Assembly (NCBI GenBank): GCA_035945995.1
Contig: DASYZR010000153.1
Span: 22,330-86,329 of the forward strand
Origin: a bacterium
Lineage (GTDB): Bacteria; Sysuimicrobiota; Sysuimicrobiia; Sysuimicrobiales; Segetimicrobiaceae
Direction of reading: 5' to 3'
Length of the DNA stretch: 64,000 nt
Part shown: piece by piece, positions 9,243 through 18,971 of the stretch
How positions within the stretch are numbered: the stretch's first letter is position 1
Layout: every line of letters begins with the position of its first letter
Notes under the pieces: generated by a model
Seen by the model: the letters and a program-made list of their open reading frames with translations, nothing else
What the model was told of the DNA's origin: nothing
Database searches by the model: none
Translations under genes and position numbers: made by a program

Positions 9243-10025
9243 ATGGAGCGACGCCGCGTGGACATCTCAGCGGACATGGGCGAGTCGCTGGGCCCCTGGC
9301 CGATGGGACAGGACGACGACATCGCGCCGTATCTCACGTCGGCGCACATCGCCTGCGGCTTTCACGCCAGCGATCCCGGCACGATCCGCCGGTCGGTGGA
9401 GCTGCTGCGGCGGCACCGGGTGGCGATCGGCGCCCACCCCGGCTATCCCGACCTCATCGGGTTCGGACGGCACAAGATGGACCTGGTCCCTCACGAGGTC
9501 GAGAACCTAGTCCTGTATCAGGTGGCCGCGGTCAAAGGCATGGTCGAGGCGTTCGGGGGCCGCCTGCAGCACGTCAAGCCGCACGGCGCGCTCTACAATG
9601 TGGCCGAAGTCGATGACGGAACGGCCGAAGCCATCGCCGCCGCGGTCAAGCGCCTGGATCCCCACCTCATCGTCGTGGCCACCCCGCACTCGCGCCTGCA
9701 CGCGCACGCGGCGGCGGCCGGCCTCCCCGTCGCGCGCGAATTCTTTCTGGACCGAGCCTACATGGCCGACGGGACCCTCGCGAGCCGGCGGCGCGCCGAC
9801 GCGATGCTGCCGGATCCCGAGGCGATGTGCCGTCGCGCGGTCGGCGCTGTGCGGGACGGACGCGTCCCGGCCGTCGAGGGGACGGACGTGGAGGTGCAGG
9901 TGGACACGATCTGTCTGCACGGGGATCACGCGCCCTCGCGGGCCGCGGCGCGAATCCTCCGCGGGATGCTGGAACAGGCGGGCATCGACGTCGCGGCCAT
10001 GGGCACGTGGATAGCCACCGCCTAG
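9243..10025 (+). CDS. pxpA: LamB/YcsF family protein (5-oxoprolinase subunit A, PxpA-like lactam hydrolase)
   Basis: MERRRVDISADMGESLG...ACGFHASDP...IGAHPGYPD...HVKPHGALYN are LamB/YcsF signatures. The 625-aa track ORF 8148..10025 is a long spurious upstream extension antisense to cysK. Confidence 0.8.
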   Translation: MERRRVDISADMGESLGPWPMGQDDDIAPYLTSAHIACGFHASDPGTIRRSVELLRRHRVAIGAHPGYPDLIGFGRHKMDLVPHEVENLVLYQVAAVKGMVEAFGGRLQHVKPHGALYNVAEVDDGTAEAIAAAVKRLDPHLIVVATPHSRLHAHAAAAGLPVAREFFLDRAYMADGTLASRRRADAMLPDPEAMCRRAVGAVRDGRVPAVEGTDVEVQVDTICLHGDHAPSRAAARILRGMLEQAGIDVAAMGTWIATA

Positions 10026-12361
10026 CGTATCGGGTCGTCGGCAGATCCGAGCCCCGATTCGACGCGGTGGACAAGGTTCAGGGGATCACCCGCTACGCCG
10101 CGGACTGGCATCTGCCCGGCATGCTCGCCGGGCGCATCCTCCGGTCGATCCACGCGGCGGCGCGAATCCGACGCCTCGACACGTCCGGGGCCCGGTCGCT
10201 GCCGGGCGTCGCGGCGGTGCTGACCGCGGACGACGTCCCGCACAACGCCGTCGACGAGGACCCCACGGGGCTGGGCCTCCTCCGGTTCGCCACGCCCGTC
10301 CTGGCCGCGGGGCGCGTGCGGTATCAGGGCGAACCCGTGGCGATCGTGGCCGCCGCGTCCGAGGCGCAGGCCCAGGCGGCGCTGGAGGCCATCGACGTCG
10401 ACTACGAGCCGCTCCCGGGGGTGTTCGAGGCCGGCGCCGCGCTGCGGCCGGACGCGCCGCTGGTGCACGACGACCGGGAGCACAACCTGCTCATTCACTG
10501 GAAGCTGCGGCGGGGCGACGTCGCGGAGGGGTTTCGGCAGGCGGACGTCATCGTCGAACGCACGTACCGCACGCAACGCGTCGACCACGCGTACCTCGAG
10601 CCGGAAGCCGGCGTCGCCTGGACGGACACGCACGGCGTGATCAACATCCGCTCGTCGTCCCAGGTGATCGAGCACTTCCGGGAGATCGCCGAGATGCTCG
10701 GGCTGCCGCACAACCGGGTCCGGGTGGTCGCCCCGTTCGTCGGCGGCGGATTCGGCGGCAAGGAAGACATGACGGTTGAACCGTACGCGGCGCTGCTGGC
10801 CTGGAAGACGGGCCGCCCGGTCCGCATGATCTGGAGCCGGCACGACTCCCTGCTCGCCCGGCCGAAGCGGCACCCGTTCACGATGCGGTACAAGAGCGGC
10901 GCCCGCCGCGACGGCCGCCTCACGGCCCACGAGATTGAGCTGATCGCCGACGCCGGCCCGTATCCCCTCCTCAGTCCCCGCGTGCTGTTCGCGGCGCTGG
11001 TCGCCGGCGCGGGCCCGTACAGGGTGCCCCACGTCCGCATCGACGCGAAGGCCGCGTTCACCAACAACGTGCCGTCCAGCGCCATGCGTGGATTCGGCGC
11101 GATGCAGGTCACGTTTGCCTACGAATCGCAGATGGACGCGCTCGCGGAGCGGCTCGGCCTCCCGCGGGAGGAGATTCGGGCCCGCAACTTCCTCAAGAAG
11201 GGCGATCGCCTCCCCACCGGGGAAGCCGTGGAGACCCACGTCGCGCTTCCCGATCTCGTGCGCCGCGCGACGGCCGCCCTCGGCGAGCGGAGCCGGCCGT
11301 CCGGCCCGTCGGCGCGGGTCGGACGGGGATTCTCCTGCAACATCCAACCGTACGGCCGCACGGTCTGGTTCCGGGATCGCTCGGGCGCGTGGCTCGGGTT
11401 CGAGGCCGACGGGTCGCTGGTGATCCGGTCCGGCGTGCCGGACCTCGGCGGCGGGCAGACGGCGGCGCTCGCGCAGATCGCATCCGAAATCCTGGGCGCG
11501 TCGCTCGACCGCGTCACCGTCCACTTCGGCGACAGCGCCCTCACCCCGCTCGCGGGCGGGACGTTCGCCACGCGCCAGCTCTACATGTCGGGGAACGCGG
11601 TGCTCCGCACCGCCCGCGAGTTGCGGGCGCTGGTGGCCCCCGTGGCCGCCGCGTTGCTGGAGGCCTCCGAGGCCGACCTGGACTTCGCCGACGACCACGT
11701 CGGGGTCGCCGGCAGCGCGCAGCGGCGCGTCACGCTGGCCCAGGTGATCGCCGAATGCGGCCGGCGCGGCGTGCCGACGTCCCACCTCGCGACCTTTCAC
11801 GCGGAGCACTCGCCGCCCGTGGATCTCGAGACCGGCCAGGGGCGGACGTTCCCCGACTACACGTTCGGATGCCACGCCGTGGAAGCCGAGGTGGATGCCG
11901 AGACCGGTGCGGTCCGCGTCCTCAAATACGCGGCGTGCCACGACGTCGGCCGGGCGATCAACCCGCAGAGCGTCGAGGGTCAGATCCAGGGCGGCGCGGC
12001 GATGGGGATCGGCCAGGCGCTCACGGAGGAAGTCGCGGTCGAGAACGGCAACAACCTGACCACGTTGTTTGCGGCCTACCTGATTCCCACCGCCCTCGAC
12101 CTGCCGGACGTACAGGCGCTGGTCGTCCAGTCCGGCGAGGGGAAAGGCCCGTTTGGGGCGCGCGGGATCGGCGAGCCGCCCACCGGACCGCCGCCGGCCG
12201 CCGTGGCGAGCGCGATCGAGGACGCCGTCGGTGTGCGGCTCCGGGAGCTGCCGATGACGCCGGAGCGCGTGCTCGTCGCGATGGACGCCCGCGACCGGCC
12301 GCCATGCAATCAACACCGGCGCGGCGGAGCGCCGGACGGGGACGCGAAGGAGGAACCGTGA
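10007..12361 (+). CDS. Xanthine dehydrogenase / aldehyde oxidase / CoxL-family molybdopterin-binding large subunit (orphan; no adjacent FeS or FAD subunits)
   Basis: VGRSEPRFDAVDKVQGITRYAADW N-terminal motif; GGGFGGKED; AMRGFGA; GIGEPPTGPP. GTG start candidate at 10007 overlapping the pxpA end; the start is uncertain. Confidence 0.75.
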   Translation: MDSHRLAYRVVGRSEPRFDAVDKVQGITRYAADWHLPGMLAGRILRSIHAAARIRRLDTSGARSLPGVAAVLTADDVPHNAVDEDPTGLGLLRFATPVLAAGRVRYQGEPVAIVAAASEAQAQAALEAIDVDYEPLPGVFEAGAALRPDAPLVHDDREHNLLIHWKLRRGDVAEGFRQADVIVERTYRTQRVDHAYLEPEAGVAWTDTHGVINIRSSSQVIEHFREIAEMLGLPHNRVRVVAPFVGGGFGGKEDMTVEPYAALLAWKTGRPVRMIWSRHDSLLARPKRHPFTMRYKSGARRDGRLTAHEIELIADAGPYPLLSPRVLFAALVAGAGPYRVPHVRIDAKAAFTNNVPSSAMRGFGAMQVTFAYESQMDALAERLGLPREEIRARNFLKKGDRLPTGEAVETHVALPDLVRRATAALGERSRPSGPSARVGRGFSCNIQPYGRTVWFRDRSGAWLGFEADGSLVIRSGVPDLGGGQTAALAQIASEILGASLDRVTVHFGDSALTPLAGGTFATRQLYMSGNAVLRTARELRALVAPVAAALLEASEADLDFADDHVGVAGSAQRRVTLAQVIAECGRRGVPTSHLATFHAEHSPPVDLETGQGRTFPDYTFGCHAVEAEVDAETGAVRVLKYAACHDVGRAINPQSVEGQIQGGAAMGIGQALTEEVAVENGNNLTTLFAAYLIPTALDLPDVQALVVQSGEGKGPFGARGIGEPPTGPPPAAVASAIEDAVGVRLRELPMTPERVLVAMDARDRPPCNQHRRGGAPDGDAKEEP

Positions 12362-13329
12362 TGCGGGAGCCACAGTTCGGGGTCGCGCTGGAGAACTTCT
12401 GTCCCGCGCCCGGCGCTCCCAGCGTCGACGGGATCCTCGCCTACGCGGCGCACGCCGAATCACTCGGCTTCACCTCCGTGTGGGCGTGGGACCACATCCT
12501 GCTCGGCACCAAGCGGCCGGTCCCGTTTCTCGAGTCGCTCGCGACCCTCACCGCGGTCGCGGCGACGACGAGGCGGATCCAGCTGGGCATCGGGGTGCTC
12601 GTGTTGCCGCTGCGCAACCCCGTGGTCCTCGCGAAGGAACTGGCGAGCCTCGACCAGATCTCCAAGGGACGTCTGGTGCTCGGGCTCGCGGCCGGCTGGT
12701 ACGAGCGGGAGTTCCAGGCGTGCGGCATCTCGTTCGCGGACCGCGGCAAGACGTTCGTGCGCAATCTCGAGGTCCTGCGGCGGCTGTGGACCGAGGAGCA
12801 GGTCGACGGCGCGATCGGTGACTACGTCTTCAAGCGCGCCGCGATGTTGCCGAAGCCGGTCCAGCGGCCGCACCCGCCCATGCTGATCGGCGGCTACGTC
12901 GACCGGGTCCTCCGCCGCGTCGCCCGGCACGGCGACGGTTGGCTGACATACTTCTACACGCCGGCGAGCTTTCGTACCGCGTGGGCCAAGATCCGGGCGT
13001 TCGCCGAGGAGCTGGGGCGCGATCCGGCGGAACTGCGGACCGTAAGCCAGCTGCCCATCTGCGTGGCACCGTCGTTCGAGGAGGCCGACCGGCGCGTCCG
13101 GGACTTCATCGCCCGGTACTTCGACGTCGCGCCGTGGAGCGAGTCGACCCCGGACAGCGCCGTCCGGGGAACGCCGGCGCAGTGCGCCGAGCAGCTCGCC
13201 GCGCACCTCGAGGCCGGCGTCGAGCACGTCGTCCTCATCCCGTGCGACTACCGGACGGAGCAGCTCGACGTGATCGCGCGCGAGGTCGTGCCGCGCCTGC
13301 GGCCGGGTGCGAGGCCGGTGCATGCCTGA
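12361..13329 (+). CDS. Luciferase-like monooxygenase (LLM) family oxidoreductase, possibly F420-dependent
   Basis: 322 aa, MREPQFGVALENF...LGIGVLVLPLRNPVVLAKELASLD...LVLGLAAGW. AAGGAGG RBS 7 nt upstream. TGATG overlap with the CoxL stop. The first ~324 codons of track ORF 11389..13329 are artefactual. Confidence 0.8.
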   Translation: MREPQFGVALENFCPAPGAPSVDGILAYAAHAESLGFTSVWAWDHILLGTKRPVPFLESLATLTAVAATTRRIQLGIGVLVLPLRNPVVLAKELASLDQISKGRLVLGLAAGWYEREFQACGISFADRGKTFVRNLEVLRRLWTEEQVDGAIGDYVFKRAAMLPKPVQRPHPPMLIGGYVDRVLRRVARHGDGWLTYFYTPASFRTAWAKIRAFAEELGRDPAELRTVSQLPICVAPSFEEADRRVRDFIARYFDVAPWSESTPDSAVRGTPAQCAEQLAAHLEAGVEHVVLIPCDYRTEQLDVIAREVVPRLRPGARPVHA

Positions 13330-14290
13330 CCCGGGCCGGCCGGCCGTGACCTTCGTCGAGGCCCGCCGGCGGCTCGAAGCCAAAGCGCGGCCGCCGCGGG
13401 ACAAGCGGATGCCGATCGCCGATGCCGCCGGGCTCGTGCGCGACGGCGATCACCTCGCCATCGGCGGTTGTCTTTACTCCCGGACGCCGACGCTGCTGCT
13501 GCGGGAAGTCCTGCGCCGGCGCCGCCGCGGCGTCGTGCTGTCCCGCAGCCTGATGTGCTACGAGGGCGAGCTCTTTCTGGCCGCGGGGGCCAGCCGCGAG
13601 ATCGTCACGAGCTGGGTCGGGATCGGCCTGCCGTGGGGACTGTCGCGCATTGTCCGCGAGTTCGTCGAGGGCGGGCAGGCCCGCTACGAAGAGTGGAGCC
13701 ATCTCGCGATCGGCCTACGCTACCACGCGGGGGCGATGGGCGTCCCGTTTCTCCCCACGCTCTCGATGCTCGGCTCCGACCTGCTCCGCACCACCGGCGC
13801 CAAGACGATGACATGCCCGTTCACGGGCGAACAGCTCTGCCTCGTCCCGGCGCTCTTTCCCGACGTCGCGCTGATTCACGTCCACCGCGCCGACCGCTTC
13901 GGCAACGCGCAGATCGACGGCTATCCCCACATGGATGCGGACATCGCCGCGGCCGCCCAGACCGTCATTCTCACCGCAGAAGAGATCGTGGATCCCGACG
14001 AGATCCGGCGCACCGCCGACCGTACGGTCATCCCGTTCTTCGCCGTCGATGCGGTCGTCGAGGCGCCCTACGGCGCCTACCCGCACGAATGCTACGGCCT
14101 GTACGAGGCGGACCTCGAACACATCGACGCCTACGCCCGGCGGGTCGGTGCGGACGGCGTCGCCGCGGCGCGCGCGTATCTCGACGAGTACGTGTACGGA
14201 CCGCCGACCCCGGAGGCGTACCTGAGCAAGTTCAACGCCGCGCAACTGGCCCGGCAGCGCCGGGCGGCGGAGGAGCTGACCGGCCGGTGA
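13322..14290 (+). CDS. CoA-transferase subunit A (glutaconate / 3-oxoacid CoA-transferase family)
   Basis: IADAAGLVRDGDHLAIGG...ALIHVHRADRFGN. ATG overlaps the LLM stop (ATGCCTGA). Confidence 0.75.
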   Translation: MPDPGRPAVTFVEARRRLEAKARPPRDKRMPIADAAGLVRDGDHLAIGGCLYSRTPTLLLREVLRRRRRGVVLSRSLMCYEGELFLAAGASREIVTSWVGIGLPWGLSRIVREFVEGGQARYEEWSHLAIGLRYHAGAMGVPFLPTLSMLGSDLLRTTGAKTMTCPFTGEQLCLVPALFPDVALIHVHRADRFGNAQIDGYPHMDADIAAAAQTVILTAEEIVDPDEIRRTADRTVIPFFAVDAVVEAPYGAYPHECYGLYEADLEHIDAYARRVGADGVAAARAYLDEYVYGPPTPEAYLSKFNAAQLARQRRAAEELTGR

Positions 14291-15054
14291 ACGCGCCCTA
14301 CGCCCCGTCCGAGCTGCTCGCGGTGTCGGCGAGCCGGCTGCTCGCGAACGGCAAAGTCGTGTTCGCCGGGGTGGGCATTCCGCTGCTCGCGTCGGCGCTC
14401 GCGCGCGTGACGCACGCCCCCGGCCTGACGGTCGTCGTGGAAGGCGGGTCGATCGGACTGGAGGTGGAGCCGGGGCGGCTGCCGATCTCCACGAACGAGA
14501 TGCGGGCAGCGCGCCGGGCCGTGGCGCTGCCGTCGATCACGCAAATCTTCCTGTACGCGCAGCGCGGCTATTTCGATTACGGCTTCCTCGGCGGCGCGCA
14601 GATCGATCCCTACGGCAACATCAACACGAGCGTCATCGGCACGGTCGAGCGGCCCAAGGTGCGCCTCCCGGGCAGCGGCGGTGCCTGCGACATCGCCTGC
14701 CTCTGCCGCGAGATCATGATCGTCACGCGGCACGAGCGGCGCCGGTTCGTCGAGCGGCTCGACTTCGTGACGAGCCCCGGTCAGGTCGACGGGGAGGGCG
14801 GGCGGCGTCGCGCCGGGCTGCTCTTCGGCCGGGTCACCGCCGTCGTCACCGATCTCGCGCTCTTGGACTTCGACCCCGGGACCGGACGGATGCGCCTTGC
14901 GGCGCTGCAGCCGGGCGTGGAGGGCGAGCAGGTTCGCGAACAGACGGGATTCGAGCTGGAGGTCGCCTCGGACATCCGGCGCCTCGCGGCGCCGACCGGG
15001 CAGGAGCTCGCGCTCGTCCGCGGCCTCGATCCGGCGCGCGTCTTTCTCGGCTGA
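14287..15054 (+). CDS. CoA-transferase subunit B
   Basis: 255 aa beginning VNAPYAPSELLAVSASRLLANGKVVFAGVGIP...GSGGACD. GTGA overlap with the subunit A stop. The track ORF 13468..15054 is an upstream artefact. Confidence 0.75.
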   Translation: MNAPYAPSELLAVSASRLLANGKVVFAGVGIPLLASALARVTHAPGLTVVVEGGSIGLEVEPGRLPISTNEMRAARRAVALPSITQIFLYAQRGYFDYGFLGGAQIDPYGNINTSVIGTVERPKVRLPGSGGACDIACLCREIMIVTRHERRRFVERLDFVTSPGQVDGEGGRRRAGLLFGRVTAVVTDLALLDFDPGTGRMRLAALQPGVEGEQVREQTGFELEVASDIRRLAAPTGQELALVRGLDPARVFLG

Positions 15055-15103
15055 ACCCCGGGCTGCGCGGGGCGGGACGGCCGCGGAGCCGGTGCCCACG
15101 CCG

Positions 15104-16069
15104 TTACCAGCGGGCGAGGCGCGTGATCGCTTCGAAGATGCGGTCGACGCTCGGCAGATAGGCCGTCTCGAGCGGCGGCGCGTACGGCACCGGCGTATCG
15201 GGCGCGCCGATGCGTGAGATCGGAGCGTCGAGCGACGTGAACAGATGCTCGCCGAGATAGGCGGCGATCTCCGCGCCGATCCCGCCCCGCAGCCGGTCCT
15301 CGTGAACGATGAGCACGCGGCTCGTCCGCCCGACGGACTCGGCGATCGTCTCGAGGTCGAGCGGCAGGAGCGTCCGCAGGTCGATCACCTCCGCCGCGAT
15401 GCCGTCCGCGGCGGCCCGCTCCGCGGCCTCGAGGCTCCGGTGCGCCATCATCCCGTAGGTCAGGAGCGTGAGATGCCGGCCGGGCCGGCGCACCGCGGCG
15501 CGGCCGAGGGGCTCGATCATCAGGCCGTCCTCGACGGGTCCGCGCTGCGACCGATACAGCGCCTTGTGCTCCAGGTACAGGACGGGGTTCGGATCGCCGA
15601 TCGCCCCGAGCAGGAGGCCCTTCGCGTCGGCGGGCGTCGACGGCATCACGATTTTGAGCCCCGGCGTGTGAAAAAAGTAGCCTTCGATCGACTGCGAGTG
15701 AAACGGGCCGCCGTGGGTGCCGGCTCCGCACGGCGCCCGCACGACCATCGGCACGCAGCCGCCCGCCCGGTAGGCGGACGTGGCGGCCACGTTGACCATC
15801 TGAGTGAATGCGTTCGAGATGAAGTCCGCGAACTGCATCTCGACGACGGGACGCAGGCCGACGAGCGCCGCGCCGACCGCCGCGCCCACGATGGCCGCCT
15901 CGCTGATCGGCGTGTCGATCACGCGGGACGGTCCGAACTCCTCGAGGAACCCCTTGCTCAGCTTGAACGCGCCCCCGTAGACGCCGACGTCCTCGCCGAA
16001 GAGAATCACGGAGGAGTCCGCGCGCATCGCGCGGCGCAGCCCGTCCGCGATCGCCTCGAGGTACGTCAT
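15104..16069 (-). CDS. Thiamine-diphosphate-dependent dehydrogenase E1 component, beta subunit (acetoin / pyruvate / 2-oxoisovalerate dehydrogenase type)
   Basis: MTYLEAIADGL...VILFGEDVG.YGGAFKLSKGF...VIDTPISE (transketolase-like pyrimidine-binding and C-terminal domains). TAATG overlap with E1 alpha. Confidence 0.8.
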   Translation of the reverse strand: MTYLEAIADGLRRAMRADSSVILFGEDVGVYGGAFKLSKGFLEEFGPSRVIDTPISEAAIVGAAVGAALVGLRPVVEMQFADFISNAFTQMVNVAATSAYRAGGCVPMVVRAPCGAGTHGGPFHSQSIEGYFFHTPGLKIVMPSTPADAKGLLLGAIGDPNPVLYLEHKALYRSQRGPVEDGLMIEPLGRAAVRRPGRHLTLLTYGMMAHRSLEAAERAAADGIAAEVIDLRTLLPLDLETIAESVGRTSRVLIVHEDRLRGGIGAEIAAYLGEHLFTSLDAPISRIGAPDTPVPYAPPLETAYLPSVDRIFEAITRLARW

Positions 16070-17085
16070 TACGGCCACGGCGTGCCCTCGCAGTACACGC
16101 CGTGCTCGAGCTCCGCTGGGTCGGGCGGCGGGCTCGCCTCCGCCCAGGCCTGCGCCTCGTCCACCTCCGCGAGCGCCTGGGCGCGCAGTTCCTCGAGTCG
16201 CGCCGCGGTGGCCGCGCCGGCGTCGACGAGATACCGGGCGAACCGCTCGACGGGGTCGCGACGGCGGCCCTCTTCGATCATCGGGCGCGGCACGTACGAG
16301 GCGTCGTCGGCTTCGGAATGCCCCCGCACCCGCATCGTGCGCCCCTCGATGAACGACGGCCCGCCCCCGGTTCGGGCGCGGTCCACCGCCTCGCGCGCGG
16401 CGCGGTACACCGCCAGCGCGTCGTTGCCGTCGATCGAGCACGCGTGCATGCCGTAACCGGCCATCCGGACGTCGAGCGGTCCGACGACCTCGCGCGCAAG
16501 CGGCGTGGAGAGCGCGAACTGGTTATTCCAGCAGACGAGCACCAGCGGCAGCCGCAGCACGGCCGCGAGGTTCGCCGCCTCGTGGAACTCGCCCGTCGCG
16601 AGCGTCCCCTCGCCGAAGAACGCCATCGCGACGCGCGGCTCCGTGCGGACGGTGAAGCCGAGCGCGGCGCCGGCGGCGATGGGCACGTTGCCGCCGACGA
16701 AGTCGGTGTGGAGCAGGATGCGCGGCCCGAGGCCGCCGATGTGCAGGTTGCCCTCGCGGCCGCGCGTCGGCGAGCCCGTCCGTCCGAGAAAATTGGCGAA
16801 GTAGTAGCCGAGCGGCATCCCCAGCACGAGCCGCGCGCCGAGATCGCGGTGCAGCGTGGCCGCGACGTCGTGCGGCCCCAGCGCCGCGGCGCCGCCGACC
16901 GCGATCGCCTCGTGCCCCCAGCCGGTAAAGCAGGCGCCGACGATCTGGCCCGTCTGATAGAGCTTCACGACCCGCTCCTCGGCGAGCCGCTGGAGCATCA
17001 TGTAGTAGCAGAGGCGCTCGAGGTCCGCCGGTACGAGATCGGGCGTGATCGCCGCGGGTGGCTCCGCGCGTGTGTCGTCGGTCAT
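16069..17085 (-). CDS. Thiamine-diphosphate-dependent dehydrogenase E1 component, alpha subunit
   Basis: TPP-binding GDG...NN-type region (FFGEGTLATGEFHEAANLAAVLRLPLVLVCWNNQFA); 338 aa. Confidence 0.8.
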   Translation of the reverse strand: MTDDTRAEPPAAITPDLVPADLERLCYYMMLQRLAEERVVKLYQTGQIVGACFTGWGHEAIAVGGAAALGPHDVAATLHRDLGARLVLGMPLGYYFANFLGRTGSPTRGREGNLHIGGLGPRILLHTDFVGGNVPIAAGAALGFTVRTEPRVAMAFFGEGTLATGEFHEAANLAAVLRLPLVLVCWNNQFALSTPLAREVVGPLDVRMAGYGMHACSIDGNDALAVYRAAREAVDRARTGGGPSFIEGRTMRVRGHSEADDASYVPRPMIEEGRRRDPVERFARYLVDAGAATAARLEELRAQALAEVDEAQAWAEASPPPDPAELEHGVYCEGTPWP

Positions 17086-17137
17086 GCGAGGATGCGGCGG
17101 CCTACCACGTGACGAGGATGTCGCTTCGGATCTTCGC

Positions 17138-18007
17138 CTAGCGCAGCTCGGGAATCACGTCAGTCGCGACCCGCTCAAGGACCGCGAACTGCTCGGGGCG
17201 CGGCTGATCGATGATGAACTCGTTGATCCCGACCGCGCTGTACAGGCCAACGATCTCTTGGAACGCGGACGCGCTCGACCACGGATCGGGCAGTCGCTGA
17301 CTCGCCATCTGACTCGCCCATCCGTAAAACGACCGCCAGATCGTCTGGGGATCCCGCCCGATTGCCGCGCACTGCTCGTCCAGAATCCGGTTGCGCTCAC
17401 GAATCTCCTCCACGGTGCCGAACGAGTTCCAGGCGTCTGCGTACTCGGCACAGATCCGAAGCATTCGCGGTCCGTGGGCCCCGAGCGTGAGCGGCGGGCG
17501 TGGCTTCTGCACCGGCCGCGGCCGCACATAGGCTCCCTGAAGCTGATAGTACTTGCCGGCGAAGCGCGTAGTCTCGTTGCGCAAGAGGCTGTCGAGGACC
17601 TGTACCGCTTCGCGGAAGCGAACGACCAGCTCGCCGCTCGGCGGAAAGGGAATGCCGAAGCGCTCATGCTCGGGGACGAACCACCCGGCCCCGAAGCCTA
17701 GCTCGAGGCGGCCGTTCGAAATGTGGTCGACAGTGACCGCCTCTTGGGCGAGTAGGCCGGGGTGGCGGAACGTATTGCAGCTCACTAGGACGCCGACGCG
17801 GATCCGCTCCGTGCGCGCCGCGAGGGCGGCAAGCAGCGTCCATCCCTCGTAGTACGGTCCTGTTGGGTTGCTCGGCTGGTTCAGGTGGTCGCAGTCCCAG
17901 ATGCTGTCGAAGCCGAGGCGCTCGAAGTACTGCCACCGTTCGACGAGCGTGGGCCAAGGCAGGTTCTGATCCGTGCAGATGCCAAAGCGCATCCCGCGGC
18001 GGGCCAT
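17138..18007 (-). CDS. Luciferase-like monooxygenase (LLM) family oxidoreductase, second copy
   Basis: MRFGICTDQ...ELGFGAGW...; GGAGG RBS 5 nt upstream of the ATG at 18007. Confidence 0.75.
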   Translation of the reverse strand: MARRGMRFGICTDQNLPWPTLVERWQYFERLGFDSIWDCDHLNQPSNPTGPYYEGWTLLAALAARTERIRVGVLVSCNTFRHPGLLAQEAVTVDHISNGRLELGFGAGWFVPEHERFGIPFPPSGELVVRFREAVQVLDSLLRNETTRFAGKYYQLQGAYVRPRPVQKPRPPLTLGAHGPRMLRICAEYADAWNSFGTVEEIRERNRILDEQCAAIGRDPQTIWRSFYGWASQMASQRLPDPWSSASAFQEIVGLYSAVGINEFIIDQPRPEQFAVLERVATDVIPELR

Positions 18008-18069
18008 ACTGACCTCCGAGTGCTATGTAACGGATTGGTCGGAATTTCCGTCTTGGTTCCGGCACTCCT

Positions 18070-18912
18070 CTAGCGTCCGGCCGATTCGGGCGAACGCAAT
18101 CCGTGCCCGCCCCGATAGTCGACGGGCGGACGCGGCGCCCAGCCTTCGAGCAGCCGCGGCGCGGGCCGGAACACCTCCACCGCGAGCGGCCGGCAGGTGG
18201 ACAGCGGGTCCCCGCGGTGCGGGCCCATGATCGGCGCCGAGAGATCGCCGCCGGGGCAGGTCGAGAGCGCGCAGAGCAGGTCCATCTCCGCGAAAAACTC
18301 GAGGTAGTCGCCCTTCTTCGCCGGGCATGCCTTCGCGAAGTACCGCCCGTCCTTGCGCAGACCGGTCACCATGAACACGTTGAGGACGTCGTGGACGTCC
18401 AGTTCGGTGAGATGATACGGCGCGACGGCGCGCGTGAGGTTGGAGTGGCACGAAAAATCGAAGTCGTCGCCGTTCAGCATCTTATACACGTACGGATCGC
18501 ACCGTGTCCCCAACAGGTCGTGGCAGCCGGCCCCGTCCTCGTCGACCCGGTAGTTGACCGTGTCCGCGGTGATCGTCAGCATCGGCCGCAGGTACGGCAG
18601 GCACGACCACAGTCGGTCGAAGGCCGTCACATGCGTGCCGTGCAGCTGGCGGGTGCGCGAGGCCCAGAAACGCTCGCGGGGATTGTGCCGGTTCCAGGCG
18701 TTGAAGTCGCCGACCTGCGGGCCGTCGACGGTGATCATGCGGCACAGGTGCCCCGCCGGGACCGTCCAAGCCCGGCCGGACCGGATCGGGATGACGAACC
18801 GTTCGGTGAGCGTCCGCCCTTCCACGTCCTGGGCGAGCCGGCCGTAGAACGCCTTGTCGACCTCGAGCGGCGTCCCGGGGCCGTGATCGTACAGCGCGGG
18901 CGGTTCTGCCAC
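18070..18912 (-). CDS. DUF1989 (urea-carboxylase-associated / carboxyguanidine-deiminase CgdA/B-like) family protein, copy 1
   Basis: 280 aa. ...FNAWNRHNPRERFWASRT...GDYLEFFAEMDLLCALSTCP is the hallmark DUF1989 motif. GTG start with GGAGGTG 4 nt upstream. The track ORF 18070..19434 extends into livF. Confidence 0.75.
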   Translation of the reverse strand: MAEPPALYDHGPGTPLEVDKAFYGRLAQDVEGRTLTERFVIPIRSGRAWTVPAGHLCRMITVDGPQVGDFNAWNRHNPRERFWASRTRQLHGTHVTAFDRLWSCLPYLRPMLTITADTVNYRVDEDGAGCHDLLGTRCDPYVYKMLNGDDFDFSCHSNLTRAVAPYHLTELDVHDVLNVFMVTGLRKDGRYFAKACPAKKGDYLEFFAEMDLLCALSTCPGGDLSAPIMGPHRGDPLSTCRPLAVEVFRPAPRLLEGWAPRPPVDYRGGHGLRSPESAGR

Positions 18913-18935
18913 GTGCCACCTCCACGAAAACTCGT

Positions 18936-18951
18936 CAGGCGCCGGCGCCTG
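18936..18951. promoter_or_regulatory. Perfect 16-bp GC-rich palindrome CAGGCGCCGGCGCCTG in the livF / DUF1989 intercistronic gap
   Basis: Seen directly in the sequence. Could be an intra-operon stem-loop or a protein-binding site. Confidence 0.3.
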
Positions 18952-18971
18952 TTGATCCACCGCTTCCCGGA

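Noticed and set aside
11389-12360. First roughly 324 codons of track ORF 11389..13329
   Set aside because: The out-of-frame overlap with the CoxL gene is Arg-rich nonsense. The real LLM gene begins at the ATG at 12361, which has a strong AAGGAGG RBS.
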